Assembly: GCF_001194135.2 (NCBI RefSeq) | Contig: NC_068981.1 | Span: 86,354,129-86,418,128, forward strand | Length of the DNA stretch: 64,000 nucleotides | Source of the DNA: Octopus bimaculoides | Lineage: Eukaryota | Reading direction: 5' to 3' | Shown here: positions 1 through 12,049 of the stretch, in pieces | Layout of the letters: each line of letters starts with the position of its first letter | Numbering within the stretch: position 1 is the first letter of the stretch | Made by a program: the position numbers and the translations under genes | Notes under the pieces: generated by a model | Seen by the model: only the letters and a program-made list of their open reading frames with translations | What the model was told of the DNA's origin: nothing | The model's database searches: none

Positions 1-267
1 GGCTCCTGTGCCAGTGCATGTAAAAAGCACCATCTGAGTGTGGTCAATACCAGTGCCGCCTGACTGGTTTCTGTGTTGGGATTGGTGGCACATAAAAAAG
101 CACCCACTACACTCTTGGAATGGTTGGCGTTAAGAAGGGCATCCAGTTGTAGAAACATTGCCAGATCAGATTGGAGATAGGTGCAGCCTACTGGCTTGCC
201 AGCCCCCAGGCAAACCATCCAACCCATGCCAGCATGGAAAACGGACGTTAAACGATGGTGATGATGA
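1..267 (+). mobile_element. RTE-LINE 3' UTR-type fragment with (GAT)n tail
   Basis: aaaagcaccc...ggaagggcatccag...ccaacccatgccagcatggaaa.cggacgttaaacgatg motif shared with the 3' end of the RT-bearing copies at 3662 and 42115. Confidence 0.8.
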
Positions 268-329
268 AGAAACAACTTAAAATAGTCATATAATTCCTTT
301 ATTAGAACAAATTATAGATAGAGAGAGAT

Positions 330-575
330 GCATGTGTGTGAGTGTGTATATGGGTGTGCCTTTGTCTTGACATTGCATGAGTGTTGTAAATGAGTGTCAC
401 AGTCATGCAAGCTGAGTCATTCATTTCCAATATTCTGCAAAAAAACATGTCTGACAATGGGGAGTATTACCTTACTCGAAAACAGGTAAGGGCATCCAAC
501 CATAGGAAATCTGCCTCAGTAAACTCTATCTGATCCATGCATGCATGGAAAAGTAGATGTCACCAAGTTGATGAT
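330..575 (+). mobile_element. 3' half of SINE family A2 (head missing)
   Basis: Homologous by eye to 34160-34385 and 38405-38645. Confidence 0.65.
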
Positions 576-1220
576 GTACCATGTTACATTTATGTGTATG
601 TATGTATGCATCTATGTATACCTACATCAATATGTGTGTATGTATTTCCTTTTACTTCTCCCCTTTTCTTCCTTTTTTTTTGTTGCTTTTTCATGTAACC
701 TCCCATTATTCTCTCTGCTGTTCTTACACATTTTTTTGTATTACCCCTATTTCCAGTTTTCCTATGCACTTCTCATTACTTCTCCATTAATCAAAGAGCC
801 TCACCCAAACCGTTGTGAAATTTATTGAATTGATTTTTGTCAATGCATACTGACATTGATGTTTGTTGCTTAGCATCAGGTCAGTTTTGATCAAGTAGAT
901 CTATAATCAAATGGATGTCAGTCATGATCCTATTGTTTGTATTTCAGCTACAGTATACCTAGACCAGTATAACCCTTTCTCTTTTAAGATGGAAGCATGT
1001 GATTTAAGGGTAATTTGACTGTTCTTTGCAGCAGATTAAGCAATCAACACCTGTTTCCTTGTACTTGTGTACTTTTTATCTCTTTAGTTAAGAGGTTCAG
1101 AGAAATAGTTCAATGTAACTTTTTTGAAGTACAAAATGCAATGTCATTGGTAACATTTTGACTCATGGATCCTACCAGTATGGTAAATAGGATAATAAAA
1201 TTAGTACTATTAATAATAAT

Positions 1221-1424
1221 ACTTTCTGCTTTAGGCACAAGTCCTGAAATTTTGTGGGAGGGGTCTAGTTAACAACCCCAGTGCTCAACTGGTAATTATT
1301 TTATTGACCCCAAAAGTGATGAGTGGCAAAGTTGGCCTTTGCAGAATTTTAACTCAGACTGTGAAGAACTGCAAGGAATGCTGTTGAGCATTTCGTCTGA
1401 TGTACTAACAATTCTGCCAGCTTG
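1221..1424 (-). mobile_element. tRNA-headed SINE family C
   Basis: Reverse complement reads ctggcagaattgttag (A-box-like)...gagttaaaattc...actttgccact...ggggtcaataaaataa..ccagttgagcactgggg; homologous to 41628-41835. Confidence 0.75.
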
Positions 1425-1764
1425 CAATAATAAAATCTAAGTTGCTTCCAAATTCTTTTATGTATTCAGAGTGGTGGTTAACTTTTCATAGAACATCAGC
1501 ACTCTGAACTTTAATTAGATTATTGTCTAGAGACACTTCATTAATTCTACAGAAAAAAATGTCTATACTTAGTAAATGCTGTCATTCATTATATTGTTCC
1601 AAAATATAAGTGTCATATGATTTATTTCTTGTTTTCTTTGTATGAAAGAGACATCATTATGTGCAGTAGTGATACAACTGCTAATTTGAAAATAAAAGAA
1701 AATTACTTTAAACTGAATGTAGCTCTGCATAATACATAGTATAGAAGATAGAAATTCCTCACCA

Positions 1765-1855
1765 GACATGGTCATGTGGAAAGACGTTTACTTCACAATG
1801 ATATGGTTCTAGGTTTGATCCCATTATGCAGTACTTTGGGCAAGTGTCTTTTACC
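1765..1855 (+). mobile_element. Degenerate SINE family A head fragment
   Basis: atggttctaggtttgatccca...tttgggcaagtgtctt matches the head of 23946. Confidence 0.55.
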
Positions 1856-1995
1856 AGAGGAATGAGGTGAAAGTCAACTGCTGTATGTTTTGAACTTGTG
1901 ACATGAATGAATGTAACTAAACACCATAAAGCATTTATTCCAACCTGATACTGTTCTTCACTTTCACTTATTAGTTCATATTCTAATTTTCACAG

Positions 1996-2348
1996 GTACT
2001 GCTGTCACACATGAAATACCCTGTCATCCCCAAAAGAGTGATAATCGGTAAACGATTAGCCCAGTGTCTTCATCCAGCTTTACCAAGTGGTGTCCATCTG
2101 AAGGCTCTTGAAACCTATGATATCATCTTCAAAAGTATTGGTCTTGAGCGTTTGTCCCAAGATCTCTTTATCTACACTGCAGGTCTTTTCCCCCTCATGA
2201 GCTATGCTGCCATGAACGTGAAGCCAGTTCTTTTAGATCTCTATGAGTGCCATTTTGTACCTTTAGGAAAACATATAAAACCAGGTCTAAATGGACTTCT
2301 ACTTGGATTGTTACCTGGCATGGAAGAGGGTTCAGAACTATCCTACAG
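1996..2348 (+). CDS. DOP1: DOP1 exon 1 in window (Dopey_N; [27 protein letters not shown]...EEGSELSYR), phase 0 in / 2 out
   Basis: ttttcacag|gta acceptor, ag|gtaata donor; ORF 2011..2352. Confidence 0.95.
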
Positions 2349-2491
2349 GTAATAAATATAGGACTTTTATTATCTGTCAAATATCTTATTTGTTCATTAT
2401 TCATTGTCTCTATGATTTAAATCATTAGATTAAGAATCTTACATTTTTAGTCTAATGGTTTCTAATGTTTTAAATGTATTAAGCTCTAACC

Positions 2492-2946
2492 CAGCATTTC
2501 CCAGTCTCTTTACTTTGTGAGGAAACCTTGAAATAAATTGCCTGTTTCAGGGAATCCCTACATGAAAACTACACATCTTGATTTCTCTTTCATAAAGGTA
2601 AATTTCATGAAACTGCTTTTGAAAGGTTTCACTCTGCTAAATCTATTAGATACTGCAAAGAAGGTTTAAGAAATTTTGTCTTAATGAAGACCTTGTTTTA
2701 ACCAAATTCCCCTTCAATTTCCTCTTAAGAATTCATTTTTCCAGGGTATCTCCTTACTACCTACAGATACCATAATTTCCCTACCTTTAATAATATGCCA
2801 GGAATGTATAATAAAATTACAAATAAAGAATTAAATACAAAAAAAAATATGCATATAATTAGCGTTTATTTTGCTAATTCTTGTAGGACTCCTAGTGACC
2901 TCTTACGGAACCATATCATCCTGAGGGACCCTGGTTGAGAAACCTC
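2492..2946 (+). mobile_element. hAT-type MITE (degenerate)
   Basis: Termini cagcatttccca... / ...ggttgagaaacctc; 8 bp flanks ctctaacc / ctctagct resemble an hAT TSD. Confidence 0.45.
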
Positions 2947-3149
2947 CTCTAGCTTTCTTCTCCAACTTATTTTAGTTTCTTGGTATTTTTTAAACCTCTG
3001 CAATCTATTAACTGGACTCTCTCTATAGATATCAACATTTTATTATTTAAGCTGTTTTCTTTCAATGCATTTTTCTTCAAAATCATATTATTTCTATATT
3101 TTGTATTTCATACCTGATACATATAAAAATAATGTGACCTGACAAATGA

Positions 3150-3262
3150 CAGAGACCTTCTCTTTGTGGCTGGTGACTTGAATGGGCATGTTGGACATCT
3201 GGGGAGCTTCTATGGTGTTGCATGGTGGCAACAGATTTGGTTTCCGCAAACTAAGGGACTAG
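3150..3262 (+). mobile_element. RTE-LINE apurinic endonuclease fragment
   Basis: Translates LFVAGDLNGHVG (GDxNxxVG motif of APE domains). Confidence 0.6.
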
Positions 3263-3374
3263 CTATCTGAATTGACAGTCGGAGACCCCCTTTGGTTACG
3301 AATGACCATGGGATTGCACCTAGAAAGTTACCCTCTGAACCACAAGTCTTGGCAAGGTTGTTTGTTAAAGACCA

Positions 3375-3603
3375 GCAGTCGTCCATGCATACCAGCCTCC
3401 TCTCTCCATGCCACCAATGTTATCCAAGGGAAAGGCAAAGACTGAAACAGCTTGGCACCAGTGACGTCACAATTCATTTCTACAGCTGAGTGAACTGGAG
3501 CAACATGAAATAAAGTGTCTTGCTCAAGAACACAACACACAGCCCAGTCCTGGATTCGAACTCACAACCTCACAGTCGTAAGTTCGACACTCTAACCACT
3601 GAG
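3375..3603 (-). mobile_element. tRNA-headed CORE-like SINE
   Basis: Reverse complement: ctcagtggttagagtgtc (A box)...gagttcgaatcc (B box)...gtgttcttgagcaagacacttta...cactcagctgtagaaatga (CORE-like). Confidence 0.75.
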
Positions 3604-3685
3604 ATAAAACAATTAAGGATATGAAGACATGGAAAGCTCCCAGCCCATCAGTAATCACTGCTGAGATGCTTAAAATATCTGGCGC

Positions 3686-4448
3686 TCAGAGTGAAAGACA
3701 GAAGTATGATGCCTGTGTGTGAACAGCGATGCTACACAACTGTGAAACATGGGCTGTGATTGCTGAGGATGTGTGTAGGCTGGTAAGAAATGAAGCTAGT
3801 ATGCTCTGCTGAATGTGTAAAGTCAGTGGGCATGCACGACAGAGTGTAAGCATCCTGAGAGAAAAGTTGGACATAAGAAACATCAAATGTGGCATGCAAG
3901 AGAGATGACTGTGCTGCTATGGTCATGTGATGCTTATGGATGAGGACAGCTGTGTGAAGAAGTGTTGCATTCTAATGGTGGAGGAGACTTGTGGAAGAGG
4001 TAAACCCAGGAAGACATGGGATGAGGTGGTGAAGCATGATCTTCAAATGTTGGCCCTCATAGATGCAATAATAAACATCTGAGACCTTTGGAGATATGCT
4101 ATGCTTGAGAAGGCCCATCAAGCCAAGTGAGATCATAGTCGTGGTCAATGCCAGCGTCGCGTAACTAGCCCACTCGTTAAAAGTAACCTTCAATTGCTGA
4201 GCGATTTGCTGTGCTTGTGAAGACCTGCTGTACCAAGTGCCGTCTGACTGGCACCCATGCTGGTGGCATGTAAAAAGCACCCACTGCACTCTTGGAGAGG
4301 TTGATGTTAGGAAGGGCATCCAGCTGTAGAAACCTTGCTAACTCAGATTTGAACCTGGTGCAGCCCCCCCCCCATCCGGGGTACCAGTTTTCAGTCAAAC
4401 TGTCCTGCCAATGCCAGCATGGAAAGTGGACATTAAATGATGATGATG
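3686..4448 (+). mobile_element. 5'-truncated RTE-clade LINE (RT C-terminus + 3' UTR + (GAT)n), decayed
   Basis: YDACV.TAML..CETWA, GRGKPRKTWDEVVKHDL with stop codons; tail gacattaaatgatgatgatg. Confidence 0.85.
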
Positions 4449-4508
4449 AAAGTAAATTTGAACATACTGACTTTTACTGTCTTTATAGTTTTATATTTCT
4501 AATTACAG

Positions 4509-4698
4509 GTGTGATAAATTGCTGGTGGATTTCAGTCAGGTGACTGATGAGAGTTACTTCTACAGTTGTATGTGGCAGTGTATCTACACTTTCCCTGCTG
4601 CTAGACTTCAGGCAATCACTTTCTTATTGGCACACTACAATAAAAAGCAGAGCATGGAAGATCAGCTGTATATGATGGGCCTTAATATCGACCTCATG
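4509..4698 (+). CDS. DOP1: DOP1 exon 2 (CDKLLVDFSQ...SMEDQLYMMGLNIDLM), phase 2/0
   Basis: ttacag|g acceptor, atg|gtaatt donor; SMEDQLY motif; ORF 4519..4737. Confidence 0.95.
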
Positions 4699-4796
4699 GT
4701 AATTCATTTTGATGATGTTTATTGCATAGAAGGATAGTTAACATTACATTTTTTTCCCTTAGCCTCACATATATAAGAGAGAGTGTTCAGTGTTAA

Positions 4797-5143
4797 AGAA
4801 CATTTTTAAAGAAATGTTTCTCCACAACTTAAAAATAAAACAACAGTGTGTCACACAGATATAATGAGAATTACACATTTAGAAAAGACATTTTATTACA
4901 AACTTGAGTATGTGGGGAAAAAAAAAGGACTGGTAATTTTTTGATGTGAATGTATTTTTCTTTTAAATATCCTCATATTTAAAAAAAAAATTATTGTTTT
5001 CTGTTAGAATTTTCCAAAAAGTGTTTTTTTCCACTTTTTAGTATCAGTTACAAAAGTGTATCACCTGGAATAATATACACTGGTAAATGTTGCAAATCTG
5101 TTCGTTTTTCATTATTTACATAAAATTACTTGATGACAATAAT
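4797..5143 (+). repeat. Intronic direct repeat copy 1 (about 345 bp)
   Basis: Collinear with 7348-7668. Confidence 0.9.
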
Positions 5144-5699
5144 GTTTTAAAGATGTTTTTGAAGTTTCTATGGAGGCAGTGTAAGTTTGTCACAAGGCAT
5201 CTAGCTTGTGTGTAATTGATGCCTGTATAAAAGAAATGTTGGTATCATGTGTACATTGTTAGAAGTGATAGCATGTTGAGTGCTAATGTACAGGATGTAA
5301 AGCTTGAGAAATGACCAAACCTTGGAATAAACTAGAGTTAATAGTCAGAAAGACCCCCATCAGCACACACTTCTGAGGAACACTTTGAATGGAATCCAGA
5401 GCTGTGCAACTTAGCTAAGAGATTCCCACACCAGATAGACCTTGCAGGTGTTAAGTACTTTTACTGACCATGAAACTTTTAGAAGTGAAAGATCAGTTGG
5501 GTATGACATAGACCAAGTCTCTGGTAGATCAGCTTTTTCTGGAATTGTATTAAGGAAGCAGAAACATGCAAAATGGAGTGGTTTTGCTGTTATTTTCAAC
5601 TAAACACACTCACATACATTTACTACCCTTCATTAGCACACCCCTTATCTTCTCTCAACCTTTACACACCGAACATACTCTACTCACATTAACAAAAAT

Positions 5700-6720
5700 C
5701 ATGAAAACATCCTCCAGTAGAGATATAAATATGTAGTTTCCTTCACTAGCACCAAGACATGGTCACTACATTTACAACAGCTATACCCTCTCAAGTCTCT
5801 GATGATGACTTATGGCAACTACGTATGGAGAACATTGCAAAAACTGTATATCAAAGACTAGGCCTTCTCTTCAGGACTAGAAACTACTTTTGCTCTACAT
5901 AGCTGCTGATCACATACATGGCACTGCAAGAGTATTGCTTATCTGTGAGGGAATACTTATTGCACACACAAACAAACACAACAGTCTAGGTTTCCCCATC
6001 TCCCAAAAAAGGCCAGCTGCCTGAAGAGAAACATTCTTTTGTAAACATTCATTCACTAATACTGTACAACAACAAACCCTCTTCAATGCTGTGTCTTCCC
6101 TCTGTTTCTTCTACTGTTACTATAATAGCTACTGTTCCTCTAAACCAGCAAATTGTGAACCCTCTGTGTTCAATCCTACCTATTCACCCATCTTCCTCTT
6201 ATATTCTGTGGAGGCCCAGTGGTTAGGGCAGCAGACTCGCGGTCATAGGATCGCGGTTTCGATACCCAGACCGGGCATTGTGAGTGTTTATTGAGCAAAA
6301 ACACCTAAAGTACCACGAGGCTCCGGCAGGGGATGGTGTCGAACCCTGCTGTACTCTTCCACCACAACTTTCTCTCACTCTTACTTCCTGTTTCTGTTGT
6401 GCCTGTAATTCAAAGGGTCAGCCTTGTCACACTGTGTCATGCTGAATATCCCCGAGAACTACGTTAAGGGTACACGTGTCTGTGGATTGCTCAGCGACTT
6501 GCACGTTAATTTCACAAGCAGGCTGTTCTGTTGATCGTATCAACTGGAACCCTCGACATCGTAATCGATGGAGTGCCAACACCTCTTATATTCCATATTC
6601 TGTCTCACCACCAACTACATATTTAAACAGTTTACCCAAATCTGTATCCCTAGAACTTTCAAACCTTCAGAAACTTACTATTTGCAGCCATTTTCCATAC
6701 CAGCTTGGTAGGCCTGCAAA
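5700..6720 (+). mobile_element. Highly decayed CR1/L2-like LINE 3' region, interrupted by a SINE
   Basis: Remnant motifs resembling VSFxxxKT, NIAKTxxQRLGLLFR and SLCFFYxYY. Confidence 0.45.
6207..6581 (+). mobile_element. Full-length tRNA-headed SINE with 12 bp TSD
   Basis: A/B-box-like head (gtggttagggc...ggtttcgatacc); TSD cctcttatattc at 6195-6206 and 6582-6593. Confidence 0.85.
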
Positions 6721-6742
6721 GACTATAGGTGTATACTTTCCT

Positions 6743-6773
<31 letters not shown>

Positions 6774-7149
6774 GTGATATCAAGGCATATATTTTTTTTT
6801 ATGAGGTATTTTCAGAAATATTTTTAATATTTCCACCAATATCCACAGCTAGAAAGATTGCTATATTTACTCATCAGTACATAACATCTTTTTCTAAAGA
6901 GTATCTAAATATAGAAAAATGTGTCCGCTGAAGTCATACATGTTTGATAGTCATAACATTACTAACTTTTGCGAAGTTGTCATATTGTTAGGTAAATCCA
7001 CTTCACAAATGTTTCATGAAGCGGTTACGGAGATATATATACTGAGTTGTTGTATATGTGTTTGTATTTTGTTTCTTCTGTTTCTCTTGTGAAAGTTTGA
7101 TGCATGAAGTACAAATTATTTGTTTTTCCTTTTTTTTCTTGTTCTGCAG

Positions 7150-7347
7150 TGTCACACACACACACACACACACATATATACACATGTATACAACGGGTTT
7201 CTTTCAGTTTCCGTCTATCAAATCCACTCACAAGGCTTTGGTCGGCCTGAGGCTATAGTAGAAGACACTTGCCCAAGGTGCCACGCAGTGGGACTGAACC
7301 CGGAACCATGTGGTCCGTAAGCAAGCTACTTACCACACAGCCACTCC
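7150..7347 (-). mobile_element. SINE family A head with microsatellite
   Basis: Reverse complement ggagtggctgtgtggtaag...gggttcagtccc...; close match to 23946-24110. Confidence 0.9.
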
Positions 7348-7668
7348 AGAACATTTTTAAAGAAATTTTTCTCAACTTAAAAAAGGAAAAACAATGTGTC
7401 ACATAGATAATGAGAATTACACATATAGAAAAGACATTACAAACTTGATTAATTAGTATGTGGAAAAACAAAAAAAGAACTGGAAATCTTTTGATGTGAG
7501 TGTATTTTTCCTTTAAATATTCCCATATTAAAAAAAAAAATCATTGTTTTCTGTTAGAATCTTCCAAAAAGAGTTTTTTTTCACTTTTTAGTATCAGTTA
7601 TACACTGGTAAATGTTGCAAATCTGTTAGTTTTTCATTATTTACATAAAATTGCTTAATGACAGTAAT
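7348..7668 (+). repeat. Intronic direct repeat copy 2
   Basis: Collinear with 4797-5143 apart from small indels; ends just before the exon 3 polypyrimidine tract. Confidence 0.9.
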
Positions 7669-7700
7669 TTATTTTTTTCATTTTGTATTCCATCTCATAG

Positions 7701-7929
7701 GTACAAGCAGCATGTACAGCTGTTCAAGATAGCATTGTCCTAGTTCAGAGAAGTCTGTTAGATTTTCTCTTGATAGCATTCCCTATGCATAATGCTCAGT
7801 TGACCAAAGCTGATATGTTGAAGATTCTGAAAGCTTCTGTTACTGTAATACTACGCAGGGACATGTCTTTGAATCGAAGATTATATGCTTGGTTGTTGGG
7901 CACTGATTGTAATGGAGTCCCTTTAGCAG
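7701..7929 (+). CDS. DOP1: DOP1 exon 3 (VQAACTAVQDS...RRDMSLNRRLYAWLLG...PLA), phase 0/1
   Basis: ctcatag|gta acceptor, g|gtgaga donor; conserved RRDMSLNRRLYAWLLG. Confidence 0.95.
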
Positions 7930-9158
7930 GTGAGATATATTCAAGAGATATTTGTTGATAAAAATAATGGAAATTCTGTTAAATTATGATAGTAACCATA
8001 ACCAGCAAAATTCTTCTAGTTATTTTTTTGGTTATTTAGCATATTTTGATTTGGTGTACTAATCCTTTGAGTGAATGAATATTTTTTCATCTTATAGAAT
8101 TAAATTTAAAAAAAAAATTTTTTTATCCCCCCCCCNNNNNNNNNNNNNNNNNNNNNNNNNNNNNNNNNNNNNNNNNNNNNNNNNNNNNNNNNNNNNNNNN
8201 NNNNNNNNNNNNNNNNNNNNNNCCCCCCCCCCACACACACACAATCACACACAGCTGCTCTTTTAGTCACAATTTTGACTTGGTACTTATCTTATATTCT
8301 CTTATTTGATAAAAAATATAATGAAATTATAATACTTTTGGTCACATTTAGATATAAAATCAAATGTATAGTTTAATTATGATTATGCAAAAACAAATGA
8401 ATTAAAGCTTTGTTTACACTAAAATAAATTTATTATAATTAACTAATTTTATGCTTAGTCAAATTTGATAAGAGAAAGCTTAGTAAATGCAAGAAATATG
8501 CATATGTATGTATGTGTGTGTAAACGATTAAATATAAAATTGCATATATCTAATTCTAGTAAAAAAAAAAATACAATTGTATATTGAAACTATCAACTGA
8601 CTAATTAATGAAACTATGTATAGTAATGAAGTCTATCTTGTGACAGATGTAACATTGTAATATAAATAGAAAGTTTTGTTGGAAATAAATACTTGCAAAA
8701 AACAAGAAAAAAGCCATTGCTAGTATTACAATGATCACACGACAAATTTCTTTTGATACGGTAATGATTATAATTGTTTGACAATTTAGATAATGTTGGG
8801 AAAGCAGTTACAGAAATCACAACATATTCCTTTCCCCTGCCTTCCAGCCAAATTTTAATGTTCAGATGTATGTAACTTCAACATTTAAAAACATTGGTCC
8901 ATAACTTTTTTTTTTTTTTGGCCAAATATTCAGTATTTGACTTTCAGGAATTTCCAAGTTATTAAGAATATATATAAAAATTAAAATTAAATAAAATCAC
9001 TTTTCAAATTGAGTTTAAGAGTGAACCACTTGAATTGACTGAAAAGCAAAAATATAACCTCCATTTTTCTTGACCTTTATTTATGTTAATTCAAATTAAA
9101 TACAAATATCCTAATAGTATTTTAGAATATTTTTCTTCCCTTTTTTTTTTCTCATTAG

Positions 9159-9748
9159 GTGCAATTGATGCTCGGCAACGTCACTCTACTTTGTCTAATG
9201 ATTCAGTTGAGAATAATACTGCTTCCAGTGAAGGAGAAAAGGACCAATCTTACTTTCATACTTTTTCAAAAGACTTACTTGTCTTAGCTCTGAAAGCTCG
9301 ACTCTACGAAAGTTCTTGCACACCAGATTATCCTAATGATGAGTCATCTGCAAAAGCTTCCATATTACAGCCATTCCGAATTCTCATCAGTCTCTTGGAT
9401 AAACCTGAAATTGGACCGGTGATCTTAGAAAATGTGCTATGGGCTCTTTTCCGAAGTCTTTATAAAGAGTGTAAAGTTCCTTCATCAAATTCTAAGACAG
9501 CTTCCCCACAACGTGATGAGAAAGTTATTACTGAACTTTTGAAGACTGCTAATTTGCTTTTTAACTCTTTTGAACCTTTTTATATTTGGGATTTTATTGG
9601 AAGAATGTTTGAATTGGCCTGCCAGAAGAGTTCTATGCAGGTTCACACAGCAAAAGTTAACCATTCTGATTTAGAATCTCCCTCTGACATGCCTGATTTC
9701 ATCGAACTTTGTGAATTGTGTAACTTCCTTCTTGATGTTATTTCATTA
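9159..9748 (+). CDS. DOP1: DOP1 exon 4 (GAIDARQ...PFRILISLLDKPEIGP...FLLDVISL), phase 1/0
   Basis: polypyrimidine tract + tag|gt acceptor, tta|gtaagt donor; coding core of ORF 9083..10414. Confidence 0.96.
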
Positions 9749-9827
9749 GTAAGTAAAGCAATATTATCAAAATATTATTCAAAAACTTTGTATTTTCTAG
9801 GTTCTCACAAAGTACTTTATATATATG

Positions 9828-9876
<49 letters not shown>

Positions 9877-10411
9877 NNNNNNNNNNNNNNNNNNNNNNNN
9901 NNNNNNNNNNNNNNNNNNNNNNNNNNNNNNNNNNNNNNNNNNNNNNNNNNNNNNNNNNNNNNNNNNNNNNNNNNNNNNNNNNNNNNNNNNNNNNNNNNNN
10001 NNNNNNNNNNNNNNNNNNNNNNNNNNNNNNNNNNNNNNNNNNNNNNNNNNNNNNNNNNNNNNNNNNNNNNNNNNNNNNNNNNNNNNNNNNNNNNNNNNNN
10101 NNNNNNNNNNNNNNNNNNNNNNNNNNNNNNNNNNNNNNNNNNNNNNNNNNNNNNNNNNNNNNNNNNNNNNNNNNNNNNNNNNNNNNNNNNNNNNNNNNNN
10201 NNNNNNNNNNNNNNNNNNNNNNNNNNNNNNNNNNNNNNNNNNNNNNNNNNNNNNNNNNNNNNNNNNNNNNNNNNNNNNNNNNNNNNNNNNNNNNNNNNNN
10301 NNNNNNNNNNNNNNNNNNNNNNNNNNNNNNNNNNNNNNNNNNNNNNNNNNNNNNNNNNNNNNNNNNNNNNNNNNNNNNNNNNNNNNNNNNNNNNNNNNNN
10401 NNNNNNNNNNN
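9877..10411. other. Assembly gap (others at 8136-8222, 12983-12992, 15310-15319, 42444-42644, 52687-52696)
   Basis: N runs; all intronic, and exon phases are consistent across them. Confidence 1.
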
Positions 10412-10519
10412 TGATTTTTTGCAACGAATATGATCATCATTGGGATATGACTCTGGAGGAAGCAATTGCAACAAATTCTCCAAATCAAGTCAGGGATCTG
10501 TTTGCAGATCTTCCCATTT
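10412..10519 (+). mobile_element. Helitron Rep/helicase coding fragment next to an assembly gap
   Basis: IFCNEYDHHWDMTLEEAIATNSPNQVRDLFA resembles the HWxxTLxEA...SPxQxRxLFA segment of Helitron RepHel proteins. Confidence 0.6.
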
Positions 10520-12049
10520 GGGCTCAGTAGCTTAAAAGCTGCCCTATTGGGCGATAAATAGATAGAGCAAGCATCCTTTACTTGAAAAATGGGTAAGGGT
10601 TAGAGACAGGAAGAGCATCTGCTTGTGAAACTACTTCAACAACATATTTGTTTAATAAATGCTAGCATTAAAAAATTAATGGAAAAGCAAGGTTGAGCAG
10701 ACTTCTTAGAATTATCTTTGTTAACAACTGCCACTAGAAGTTTGTTTACTCCAACTAAGAAGGAAATTTATGTTGAGAAGTTTTGCATATAGCTTTCAGT
10801 TCATCTCCATTTAACCTATTTATCTATATCTAATTTACTCAGCATGGACTTGACAACAGAACGTGGGACCCTGACAAAAGCTTTTTCTATTTTGCCAATG
10901 TAGTTTGTTTTGGTTATCAACATCTGTTGCAATTGTTTTGCTAGATATATGATGTAAGGGATTCCATGCACATGTACAAACTTAAGCTGCATTGTACCAA
11001 ACTTTATTGTGTCTTATACTAATTTTGCTACAATTCACTTTATCACTTTCATCAATTGATTCATCAGCTTAAGAGATCTTAGGCTGAGGTCTCTTTCTTT
11101 TCACTGTCACTAAATGTTGTCTTGTGATTTCAAATACTTAACACATAAAGCGCAGGCACAGGTCAACAGGCCACGATCATGGCCCAGATAGATGCAGTTA
11201 ATTTATGGACGTTTGTTGGAGTCTAATGTCACTCAGATGATCCAATAGCCCCAAAATGCAAGAGGACTAGTAGTTCAACTATTGACTTTTCAGATGATGT
11301 GAAACTTGCTTCCATTATATACTAAGAAGATATTTTAACTATTTTTTGTTTTTTATGTGTGTATTGTAGTTTCATTTTCATAAAATGTGCTCAGCAGTCC
11401 ATGCTATGTAAGTGCAAATCCCAGTGCTTTATGGGTTAATACTACTTAATCCTTTTGACAAGGCTCCTGCTATCTGCATTCATCCTAAGCTAAATTATTG
11501 TCATACTGCTTACCCTGTTTTCATGATATTGCACCTTGCTAATAACTTATTCTCAACTCATTTGAAGATTGTTGATTAATTCAAAATTCTCTTATAAATG
11601 GACCATTTCATGTATTTCTGGATATGTGAAATTGATTCAGTTCTCATACTTTAGTGAATTCCAGACAATTGTTTGGCTGGTTGGCTGGCTTTCAGATATA
11701 AGACAGCTAACTTTATTTCTGTCATAGAATTCCAAGAGCTTTATTCTCTCATTTCTTTTGCCATTGCTGTAGACTCTAAGTACATCAAATTTTCATTCAA
11801 GTAATGATAAAGATTTAGAAAAGAAGCATTTAAAAAAATTTTTACAGCAACATATGAAAAATCATGAATAATACTGATTGGAAATTTTGTTGAAATGAGT
11901 GATAAATATTTTTTATGAGTTTTTGTCTTTTTTTTTTCTCTAAAATATAAATTTATTGGTTTTGCGTAGATAAACTGTTTGCTAGAATAATTATATTGCC
12001 TTTTGTTATTGTTATTTTTTATTCGTAACTTTTATATTTCATTTTGCAG

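Noticed and set aside
541-828. Hydrophobic ORFs (541..828 and similar at 7058, 14611, 18584, 61874)
   Set aside because: They derive from T-rich and microsatellite sequence, not membrane-protein genes.
1-1995. Missing first coding exon of DOP1 (expected ...EWADLISALGKLNK)
   Set aside because: No matching translation seen; it presumably lies upstream of the window.
6207-6290. tRNA-like heads of SINEs (also 3530-3603, 7270-7347, 23950-24020, 41630-41710) as tRNA genes
   Set aside because: They have A/B boxes but no complete cloverleaf and continue into SINE bodies.
9738-10530. Several 200-440 aa ORFs in the track
   Set aside because: They run through N-gaps and (TA)n tracts; only 9159-9748 is real coding sequence. 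The same applies to ORFs crossing 42444-42644.
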